From UHGV virus genome UHGV-0128318: DNA of 19,979 nucleotides; one strand, written 5' to 3'. The stretch is from a virus. The notes under the pieces are model-generated. The model did not search any database, was not told the origin of the DNA, and saw only the letters and a list, made by a program, of their open reading frames with translations. Positions 1-7,600 of this stretch are shown here, in pieces (position 1 is the first letter of the stretch; each line of letters opens with the position of its first letter). Both the position numbers and the translations under genes were made by a program.

Positions 1-1
1 T

Positions 2-1732
2 ACAGCCAACACATTCAATGCCTATATGAGCAGGGCCAGAAAACGGTTTGATGATAAACTTCATCATAGCTTTGAAAAAAATATACATCGCCTATCTGAA
101 AAGTATCCTTTATATAATGAGGAGCTATTGTCATGGCTTTCTCTACCTGCTGCCGATATTCGCCAGAGAATGTCAGCTTTACAGGCAAAATTAAAATTAA
201 TTCTCCCTCTATCAGAAGATTTATCTAATATCAGAATTGGCGATAACAAAAGTCATAACAAGTTATTGAAATTATCAAATAAATATAAAGAGTGGCAATT
301 CGCCATTTCTGATTTAACTAGCGATAACTGGAAAGATAAGCGCGATTATTTATATAAATTACTACAGCAAGGATCTGCCTTACTTGAGGAGTTGAATCAG
401 CTAAAAGTTAACCATGAGATTCTCTATCATCTTCAACTAAGCCCTGCCGAACGTGCATCTATCCAGCAACGATGGGCGGACGTTCTGCACAATAAAAAAC
501 GTAACGTGGTGGTCATTGATTACCCTAAATATATGCAAGCTATTTACGATATTATAAATAGCCCTGCTACATTAAATAATCTAAACACTCGTTCAGGTAT
601 GGCTCCTTTGGCATTTGCACTTGCTGCATTGTCAGGAAGACGAATGATTGAGATTATGTATCAAGGTACATTTACTGTTTCTGGTAAGTATACCGTTGAT
701 TTTTTAGGCCAAGCTAAAAAAAGAACTTCTGATGATATAACCAGAAAAATATATACATTATGCGAAGCAAAAACATTTGTTTATTTAATAAATGTACTTC
801 GCTCATGCCCAGCAGCATCTGATTTTGATGATGTCGTTAAAGGTTATGGAGATAACGACACACGCTCTGAAAACGGACGTATTAATGCCATATTAGCAAA
901 GGCTTTTAACCCGTGGGTTAAATCATTTTTCAAAGATGACCGCCGTGTTTATAAAGATAGTCGTGCTATTTATGCCCGTATTGCGTATGAAATGTTTTTC
1001 CGCGTAGATCCTCGTTGGAAAAACGTAGATGAAGATGTTTTCTTTATGGAAATTTTAGGCCATGACGATGAAAACACTCAATTACACTATAAGCAATTCA
1101 AGCTGGCCAACTTCTCAAAGACATGGAGGCCAAATACTGGAAACGAAAATACCAGGCTGGAAGCATTGCAGCAGCTTGATGACGAAATGCCTGGATTCGC
1201 CAGAGGAGATGCCGGGATTCGTCTGCATAACACAGTTAAGCAGCTGGTAGAGCAGGACCCCTCTATAAAAATCACGAACAGCACTCTAAGAGCGTTCAAA
1301 TTTAGCCCAACAATGATTAGTCGATACCTGGAATTTGCTGCTGATGCTCTGGGGCAATTTGTTGGCGAAAACGGACAATGGCAACTGAAAATAGATACTC
1401 CAGAAATCGTTATGCCTGACGAAGAAGAACTGGAAGCAATACCTGAACTGGCGGATGAATTATCAGAGGATGACGATCTGGATGACGACGAAATTGAGAT
1501 AGAGGAAGAGGAGGAGGAAGAGGAAGAGGAAGAGGAAGAGAGCGTAGAAGAACAGCAACCGCCTGCACCTTCTTCGCCTGTATCTAAGCCGGTATTTAAG
1601 CCGGTGAGAAATATTGGTGATGGCTCATACGTTGTTGAGTTTCATTATAATGGCCAGAATTATGCGTGGTCCGGCAGTGCAAACAGCCCCATGTCAGCAA
1701 TGCAGTTAGCATGGCTGACATATTTCGGTTAA
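2..1732 (+). CDS. telN: Protelomerase (telomere resolvase) TelN-like, 5'-truncated by the window edge. The frame is open from position 2 (TANTFNAYMSRARKRFDDKL...) and carries the tyrosine-recombinase-like catalytic region (...DSRAIYARIAYEMFF...) plus an acidic poly-Glu C-terminal tract.
   Basis: Translation matches my recollection of N15 TelN / phiKO2 TelK over most of its length. The ORF-track start at 26 is an internal Met; there is no stop upstream in frame. Position matches N15 synteny (telN ... repA-cB-cro). Confidence 0.9.
   Translation, partial: TANTFNAYMSRARKRFDDKLHHSFEKNIHRLSEKYPLYNEELLSWLSLPAADIRQRMSALQAKLKLILPLSEDLSNIRIGDNKSHNKLLKLSNKYKEWQFAISDLTSDNWKDKRDYLYKLLQQGSALLEELNQLKVNHEILYHLQLSPAERASIQQRWADVLHNKKRNVVVIDYPKYMQAIYDIINSPATLNNLNTRSGMAPLAFALAALSGRRMIEIMYQGTFTVSGKYTVDFLGQAKKRTSDDITRKIYTLCEAKTFVYLINVLRSCPAASDFDDVVKGYGDNDTRSENGRINAILAKAFNPWVKSFFKDDRRVYKDSRAIYARIAYEMFFRVDPRWKNVDEDVFFMEILGHDDENTQLHYKQFKLANFSKTWRPNTGNENTRLEALQQLDDEMPGFARGDAGIRLHNTVKQLVEQDPSIKITNSTLRAFKFSPTMISRYLEFAADALGQFVGENGQWQLKIDTPEIVMPDEEELEAIPELADELSEDDDLDDDEIEIEEEEEEEEEEEEESVEEQQPPAPSSPVSKPVFKPVRNIGDGSYVVEFHYNGQNYAWSGSANSPMSAMQLAWLTYFG
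1502..1550 (+). repeat. Uninterrupted GAG/GAA codon run encoding about 13 consecutive Glu inside telN
   Basis: Direct reading: gaggaagaggaggaggaagaggaagaggaagaggaagag. Confidence 0.9.
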
Positions 1733-1743
1733 AGCATACAGTA

Positions 1744-1767
1744 AAGGCACCGAATTAACGGTGCCTT
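1744..1767. terminator. 9-bp stem hairpin (aaggcaccg-aattaa-cggtgcctt) between convergent telN and the antirepressor operon; possible terminator but with a weak U-tract
   Basis: Perfect inverted repeat seen in sequence, followed by gttgtgtg on the + strand; further short hairpins at about 1788-1807 and 1874-1890. Confidence 0.3.
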
Positions 1768-1903
1768 GTTGTGTGACCTACCTCGCCTGCCCCCTGCAAA
1801 GGGCAGAAGTAACGGAGGAAACGCGGCTGCAACCACAGACATCACCGCCCCGACTGCGAGGCTTCCCTTCTCTAAGAAGGGCATAAATTCGGGCTGGTCA
1901 ACC

Positions 1904-2677
1904 CTATTTATTGGTGATTTCTGCTGGCTTTAGCTGCGCGGATAACTGCTCAAGTTTTTGAACTGCCAGTTCAAAATGCGCGGGTAACGCCTTTTCCAGA
2001 TCAGAGTTAATATCGGTGATGGGTAAATCACCACACGACATACTCCGCCTACCCCCACGAACAACATCACGCAACAACTCTCGTTCATACGTGCGCATGT
2101 TCCCCAATGCCGACTCAGCAGCCGTCAAAATCCGGCGCAGTTCTGCCGTAATTGCTGGCAAATCATCAACCGTTATGGGGTTCGGGGATGGATTACGACA
2201 CGCCCGACGCAAAGCTAACCATACACCGCTAATCCAGGCATTTCGGTACTGAAAACTTTGTGCTATATCGTTAATCAGCCCTCGCAGATACTCTTTCTGC
2301 CTCCAGTTCAACGGCTCCGCTGCTCGCATTGGCTCAGGCTCGATGTAAACGTACTCTCCATTTTTACGAATAGAGGGCAAGACTTCGTTCGTTACCCATT
2401 TGCGAAACCGCCAAGCTGTTGTGCCTTGCTTCACCGCGTCACGGCAGCGGAGAATGAGCGTGTAAAGACCTGATTCACTGATGATATTGGCTTGACCTTG
2501 ACGGCCTATGTTAAACATAGATCGCTCATCTTCATCTAATCGAGCGATAGCTTGTGTGACATTCTGGATGCTTAAAGCATTGCAAATATCATTCGCCACA
2601 AACCACGGATCGCCGTTAATCATCACTACACGTACCTGATGCTCTTCCTGAAAGGAAAAGACTGCTAACGCGCTCAT
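1904..2677 (-). CDS. Bro-N domain antirepressor (AntB-like), 257 aa
   Basis: N-terminus FSFQEEHQVRVVMINGDPWFVANDICNALSIQN...ISESGLYTLILRCRD...WVTNEVLPSIRKNGEYV is a typical Bro-N signature. Its ATG overlaps the stop of the upstream ORF (ATGA coupling). Confidence 0.75.
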   Translation of the reverse strand: MSALAVFSFQEEHQVRVVMINGDPWFVANDICNALSIQNVTQAIARLDEDERSMFNIGRQGQANIISESGLYTLILRCRDAVKQGTTAWRFRKWVTNEVLPSIRKNGEYVYIEPEPMRAAEPLNWRQKEYLRGLINDIAQSFQYRNAWISGVWLALRRACRNPSPNPITVDDLPAITAELRRILTAAESALGNMRTYERELLRDVVRGGRRSMSCGDLPITDINSDLEKALPAHFELAVQKLEQLSAQLKPAEITNK

Positions 2678-2907
2678 TCAGCCTCCTTACCGTGCAGCAA
2701 TTGCGACGAGAGCGATGCTGAATATCCCTGTGCTTCGTGTGTTAACTCACACGCAATTTGAAGGAGTTTCCCTGCTTCTGAGAGATAAATCGACGCCTCA
2801 CAGCTGGAGACTGTCCGATGGGCTGATGATACGAGCGCATAGACCTGAGCCAGACGTTCATCCAACGATTCCAGCAGGCCAACAGTGTTCATTTTTACCT
2901 GATTCAT
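2674..2907 (-). CDS. Small protein (77 aa) in the antA position of a P1/N15-type icd-ant operon
   Basis: ORF translationally coupled on both sides (ATGA overlaps with icd-like stop and with the Bro-N gene start); no recognisable domain. Confidence 0.45.
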   Translation of the reverse strand: MNQVKMNTVGLLESLDERLAQVYALVSSAHRTVSSCEASIYLSEAGKLLQIACELTHEAQGYSASLSSQLLHGKEAE

Positions 2908-3068
2908 GCAGCCACCTCGCGCACCGGAATACGGGCAGACAATACCAGGACAAACCGGCTGGCGAACTGGCGACGAGCTTCCCGTTCAGATGACGCGATG
3001 GTGGAAAGATGATGGATGTGTGACTTTTTGTCTGTGCGAACGACTGCCGCAAATTTGAATTTGAACAT
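2904..3068 (-). CDS. icd: Icd/Ash-like small protein (54 aa: MFKFKFAAVVRTDKKSHIHHLSTIASSEREARRQFASRFVLVLSARIPVREVAA). It is absent from the ORF track (shorter than the track's apparent cutoff) and conflicts with the spurious track ORF 2858..3052.
   Basis: ATG at 3068-3066 preceded by GGAG at about 8 nt; stop overlaps the next gene's ATG. The FKFAA...RRTD...EARRQ...ARIPV pattern resembles Icd/Ash-family proteins of P1/P4-type immunity operons (from memory, unverified). Confidence 0.5.
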   Translation of the reverse strand: MFKFKFAAVVRTDKKSHIHHLSTIASSEREARRQFASRFVLVLSARIPVREVAA

Positions 3069-3106
3069 GGTATGCACTCCGTTTAATTGGTCGTGCTACC
3101 ACCAGA

Positions 3107-3151
3107 GTTCTCACGCTCTTGAATGGTGGTAGCCCAAGCGGGGGTGAGAAT
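3107..3151 (-). promoter_or_regulatory. Leader target elements upstream of the icd-like RBS: a second copy of the 10-mer gttctcacgc (3107-3116, identical to the RNA loop at 3277-3286) and its partial complement gtgagaa (3144-3150)
   Basis: Exact 10-nt direct repeat 170 bp apart plus a 7-nt inverted copy. This allows either an intramolecular hairpin in the mRNA leader or pairing of the upstream small-RNA loop with the leader. Confidence 0.45.
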
Positions 3152-3234
3152 ACCGGCAAACGAAGAAACCGGCCTGACCGAAGTCAGCCCCGCCTGAGCC
3201 ACCATAAATCGGATATGCGCAGGTATATACACAC

Positions 3235-3256
3235 AAAAAAACACGCTGGCGCGTGT
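3235..3256 (-). terminator. Intrinsic terminator on the minus strand (acacgc-gcca-gcgtgt followed by T7), inside the leader of the antirepressor operon
   Basis: 6-bp GC-rich stem, 4-nt loop, immediate run of 7 T on the minus strand. Confidence 0.6.
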
Positions 3257-3309
3257 TGTGCGCTTCGTTTATCCGGGTTCTCACGCCCGGCTGCGGAATT
3301 TGCCGCAGC
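3235..3309 (-). ncRNA. Candidate c4/CA-type small regulatory RNA of about 75 nt: two stem-loops (3291-3308 ctgcgg/ccgcag; 3273-3290 ccggg/cccgg with loop cgugagaa) followed by the terminator
   Basis: Promoter-like TTGACG-18-TAAAGT on the minus strand (3345-3316) placed about 7 nt before the first stem-loop; loop sequence repeated and complemented in the downstream leader. Matches the known architecture of P1 c4 / P4 CI / N15 CA immunity RNAs. Confidence 0.45.
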
Positions 3310-3315
3310 GGAGTA

Positions 3316-3345
3316 ACTTTACCGTTAAAACGACGCACACGTCAA
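3316..3345 (-). promoter_or_regulatory. Putative sigma70 promoter of the anti-immunity operon (TTGACG-18-TAAAGT)
   Basis: Hexamer match and spacing read from the sequence; no other support. Confidence 0.3.
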
Positions 3346-3365
3346 TAATTTGCAAAGACATTTTA

Positions 3366-3385
3366 CCCCGTGACCAGTCACGGGG
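3366..3385. repeat. 20-bp palindrome ccccgtgaccagtcacgggg (family 2: CGTGAC-YR-GTCACG), about 20 bp upstream of the putative operon promoter
   Basis: Inverted repeat with 9-bp arms; near-identical core at 8049-8062 and 14369-14382. Confidence 0.6.
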
Positions 3386-3446
3386 ACAGGTGTTTTTATA
3401 GTTTGCTTGAACGAGTGATCAGAAGTTGATCGTTAATCAAAGGCCA

Positions 3447-3734
3447 TTACGGATTAAGAGAGTGGAAATACCTAACTAACTTACCGGCATCATCACATTT
3501 TTCTTTATCTTCTTCCTTAACATAGCCGCGACAGAAGGCTGAATAAAATTTCGCATTTTCAGAAGCAAAAGCAGCCGTCGAAAGGAGCAGTTCTTTGCAT
3601 GATTCTTTTGATGCAGCATCGGGATTATTTTTACATGCAAGCTCCGCTGATGAGTTAATAACAGAAATGCTATCTTCCTGGGCATAAACCGCAGCAGAAA
3701 AGGCAAAACATAAAACCAAAATAAAACTCTTCAC
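3447..3734 (-). CDS. Small secreted protein, about 95 aa, with a signal peptide (KSFILVLCFAFSAAVYA|QE) and four Cys in the mature part; function unknown
   Basis: GTG start at 3734-3732 with AGGAG at 5-nt spacing (the track's longer start at 3758 lacks an RBS); classic n-h-c signal peptide with AxA site; locally AT-rich. Confidence 0.5.
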   Translation of the reverse strand: MKSFILVLCFAFSAAVYAQEDSISVINSSAELACKNNPDAASKESCKELLLSTAAFASENAKFYSAFCRGYVKEEDKEKCDDAGKLVRYFHSLNP

Positions 3735-3761
3735 TTTATCTCCTGTAACAGTTATCACAAC

Positions 3762-4157
3762 TCAATCAACTTTTTTAGCATCAGCCATACGCTTCAACCA
3801 GTAATCAACAATCGGCTGCTCATCCACAGAATGTTTACCAGGTATAACTCGCCAGCTATCTTGCGAAAATCTGCCGTACTTACGCGGGAATAGGCCTTTC
3901 TTTATCTCCCGCCATGTACTAGGAAAACCATCCACAAAAGTACCAATTAACAGGAGAGGGACAAAAATCAGAGCTACAAACCATCGTGCAAGAAAGTGTT
4001 CAACAACAACATTTTCACCGTTGTAGTAATACGCATACGCATCCAATATGCGAATTTTCCTTACCTTAAAAATAGCCTTATGCTGAGAACGACTTAACTT
4101 GATACGAATGTATCCCTTATCCAAAGGGGATTCGTATTTGTATGATTGAACAGCCAT
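3762..4157 (-). CDS. Single-pass membrane protein, about 131 aa (TM segment FVALIFVPLLLIGTFV); function unknown
   Basis: ATG at 4157-4155 with GGGG at 6-nt spacing; hydrophobic helix in the middle; AT-rich like its downstream neighbour. Confidence 0.5.
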   Translation of the reverse strand: MAVQSYKYESPLDKGYIRIKLSRSQHKAIFKVRKIRILDAYAYYYNGENVVVEHFLARWFVALIFVPLLLIGTFVDGFPSTWREIKKGLFPRKYGRFSQDSWRVIPGKHSVDEQPIVDYWLKRMADAKKVD

Positions 4158-4159
4158 TT

Positions 4160-4486
4160 TTAACCCCACTCACCATCAGCAAACAAAGCGTTATACTCTG
4201 ACAATGGTAGATGGTTGCCCTCGATGTAGAGATTCAGTTCATACTTCGTCTCCGGGTTTTCCTTGTCGGCTCGTTCCCAACGCTCAGCAGCCTCACGCGC
4301 CAATAACTCCACTGCTTTCAGATAATCCTCCGTACGGAACCAGCCAAAGATAAGGCCACGATCTGTTACAGCCCAGGCAACCTTTTTTTCTTCCTCCTGG
4401 ATAGCCTTAATGCGTCGATCGCATTCATCCCGGCAAAACTGCAGCTGACGGTAATCAAGTTTGTCCAAAAATGCAGTAGTAGACAT
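4160..4486 (-). CDS. Hypothetical cytoplasmic protein, 108 aa (MSTTAFLDKLDYRQLQFCRDECDRR...)
   Basis: ATG at 4486 preceded by GGGGAG; the track start at 4564 is an upstream extension without an RBS. Confidence 0.5.
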   Translation of the reverse strand: MSTTAFLDKLDYRQLQFCRDECDRRIKAIQEEEKKVAWAVTDRGLIFGWFRTEDYLKAVELLAREAAERWERADKENPETKYELNLYIEGNHLPLSEYNALFADGEWG

Positions 4487-4490
4487 ATTT

Positions 4491-4589
4491 TTACTCCCCG
4501 TTAACCGAAAAATCACGATAGAAACGTTTCCACATACGATAAGTCTGCGCGAGTTGTTCACCACGAAACATCGCCTTCCTGGCCTTCAT
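4491..4589 (-). CDS. Possible 32-aa micro-ORF (MKARKAMFRGEQLAQTYRMWKRFYRDFSVNGE) between repA and the next gene
   Basis: AAGGAAAA then ATG; its stop overlaps the RBS of the downstream gene. Too short to judge further. Confidence 0.25.
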   Translation of the reverse strand: MKARKAMFRGEQLAQTYRMWKRFYRDFSVNGE

Positions 4590-4674
4590 GTTTTCCTTGT
4601 GAGACTTTCGATCTATGAACCAAAACCATTGCTGGAACACACAAAGCAAGAGACACAAAGATAATATCCACTGA

Positions 4675-7600
4675 TTACCCATAGAAAGCGCCCTGCTCTT
4701 CGTAGCTGCATGGGCTATTCCCGGTAATGTATTCACGTAACCGCCGCAGTTCATTGCTGGATAAGTGATCCATGAACTCTGTGAGGTACAGAGAGGCAAA
4801 CGTCATAGCTATGCTGGCTGATGACCATGATGACATAGTGGCCAGCTCCTCACCGGAAAGCGCACTCATCGCCCAGGACTCAGGTACAACCACTGGCAAC
4901 ACAGCCAAAGCCTCAGAAATTACTGAATGAGGGGCGTTTTGAACCTGCTCGTTTGTGGATCGCGTTTTATCATCCATATATATATTGAGATCCAAATCGC
5001 GATCCATTTCGATGGCGGTCTTCTCGGCTTTACGCGTTTTCAGGGTTAGGCCATCTTTCTGACGCTGAGCAAGAATATCCAGCATAAATGCCGCTGATTC
5101 AGGCTCAACAAAACGCAAGGTTGGACGCTTATCGCCGTCTCTGCCGCGACGTTTACCTGTTTTAAGGCCAAGAGAGTCGCAAATGTTTTTAAACAACGCT
5201 TCCGGCACTTTAGGCTTCCCTTTTGGCGTCATAAAACCACCAATGTGCAGAACGTTATTCAACAGGTCACGGCGTTCGGCTGTCATGAGGTTATCTCGAG
5301 CGAATTTGAGACGCTCCTGAGTCGCCTCGCCGGTCATAGTCTCAGGGTTGATACCGCAGTCGATAAAGTACTGCCGGAGAGTTGCTGATTTAAGCGCATA
5401 GAAACCGCGCGCCCCGACTTCAACAGTAGGAGTAGCTTTTACCTTGTGATCGATTATTCCAGGGAATTTAGTTTTAAAGACATCATCAGCCTGCTCGCGA
5501 GTCATCGCGGTCACTACAAAATATTGCCACTGTCCCGCCTGACGGTATGCGTAGGTAAAATTGATGGCTGCTTCTTCCCGGTCGTAACGACGAGCTGTTA
5601 CCTCATCTAAAAGCATTGTTTCATAGCGGCGAACTTTGTCTCGAGCACCATCGAAATAGAATTTCAGCGTGCCTTCTTCAACCGGTAGTTTCAGTTCGTT
5701 TTCAATATCCCAGCGGACAAGTTTTGCCTGTTCTTCAAGCGTCAGCGCGCGTTTTTTTAGCAGTTCTTCACGCTCTGATTCTTGTGGAGTTTCTGTATTG
5801 AGGTGCAGATCCAGTGTCTGTTCCCACACAATATCCCGCGCTTCTTTACGCAGATCTTTACCGATATCATTCGCAGCATAATCGGTGGCCAGCGGTGATA
5901 CCTTATAACCGTCGCTGTGCATGATGCAGATCATGTTGCTGGCGTAGTCGTTACGCGCAGTCGCTTCAATTGCGGCTGCTTTAATTTTCATCCTGGTAAA
6001 GTCGGTATTGGCCACCCCCATTGATATACGGTCGCCATCGAAAACGACATCCGTAAGTTCACCGTTCATACCTGCGGTAGCAAGCAATGCCTGGGCGAAT
6101 GCTCGTTCTATTTTTTGCGGGTCAGTTTCACGTTTTGCACGAGCTTTATCAAAGCCGATAATAAATTCTTTTGCTGTACGGTCGCGGCGTAGCATTTGCA
6201 CTGCGTCGCTGGGTACAACTTCACCACAGAACATGCCGAAATGACGGTCAAAATGTTTTTGCTCAATCGACACGCCGGATGAAATAGACGGGCTATAAAT
6301 CAGGCCGTCGTATTTTTTGACCATCTTTTTCGGTTGATTGGTAAATGCTTCAACTTCTGGCTCTGGTTTGTTTTTCTGGTTTACACACAGAAATTTCTTA
6401 CCAGGAAAATGCATTCTCAGGGTGGCTGTCACATCTTCTGCAAAGGTGGAGCTGTCGGTGGCCAACATGATTTTTTCGCCATCCGATACAGCTTTCACCA
6501 CCTCGGTCATGATGCGATCTTTTTCTGTATAAAAAACCCGGATTGGCTCACCTGTTTCGCGGTTGCGAACATCAACAGGTAATTCAATTACGTGGATCTG
6601 CAGCCATGCCGGTAAACCTAGTTCTTCACGGCGTTTCATAGCCAGTTCAGCCAGGTCAACCAGTAGATCGTTCGCATCAGCATCCACCATGATTGGGTGT
6701 TGTTCCGTTCTGGCCAGCGCGTCAATTAGCGTATTGAATACAGCAACCGGGTTTTCCATAGCCCGACCGGAAAGAACGGCACGTAGCCCTTGCGTGGCCT
6801 CGTCAAAGCCAAAATAGTCGTGCTGGCGCATCAACGGTTGCCAGCAGTTTTTAACAATCGAGTTTATGCAGATGGTCAGTTTACTGGCGTATGGAGCCAT
6901 TTCCTGATAGCCAGGGTCCTGATAGTGCAGGATATCGGCTTTTACACCTTTTCCTTCTGTCATCATTTCCCACAGGCCACCAATAAGGGAGACACGGTGA
7001 GCAACAGAGATACCACGTTCTGAGCTATGCATTAACGGTCGTAACAATCCAGTAGATTTGCCGGAACCCATACCAGCACGGACGATGACTATCCCCTGTA
7101 GTGATTGCACGTACTTCAGGACATCATCGGTCATTACCGAAGTTTCAAAACGCTTATAGGTGATATGTTGAGGGCGTTTATTGGGATCAGTTATGCGTTC
7201 GCTGAAAGAGCGCGGAGCCTGGGCAATACGGCACTTTTTATTCAGGCGACGGGCAATGTGGTCTTTTACCGTAGCGCGATAGATATTTTCCAGTCCCATT
7301 TCACGCAGAACGATGCAGAACATGTTAAATAAATCTGACGGACTGTTAGGAACCGGGCAGGTTAGCATGCCAATATCCACCGCTCTCAGCAGCTCTTTGG
7401 CAAAAGTACGACGGTTATCCCGCTTAATTGTCTTCAGGCGGTTGAGCGTCAGAGATAGCAAATCAGTGCCAGTTTTCAGGCGGTTTGCAGTTGCAAACAG
7501 TTGACGTGCTGTTTCACGAAGTCCACGTAGTTTGTGCAGGTCGTTGAAGTCACTGCACTCCATTTGCGGATCGTCTTCAAAAGTTGGATAGACGCAGCGG

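Noticed and set aside
64-1299. Small track ORFs overlapping telN (64..249 -, 1062..1250 +, 1087..1299 -)
   Set aside because: Embedded in or antisense to the protelomerase frame; no independent support.
1733-1903. Possible telRL/telO telomere-resolution palindrome downstream of telN
   Set aside because: Only short hairpins are present, with no long perfect palindrome of the telO type; in N15-like phages the site lies upstream of telN, outside this window.
2858-3052. Track ORF 2858..3052 (-), 64 aa
   Set aside because: It overlaps the shorter icd-like frame (2904..3068), which has an RBS, family-like sequence and ATGA coupling to the next gene; the 64-aa frame has none of these.
3111-3338. 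Track ORFs 3111..3338 (-) and 3119..3316 (+) in the anti-immunity leader
   Set aside because: The region is dominated by RNA stem-loops and an intrinsic terminator, has no RBS, and is better explained as the small-RNA leader.
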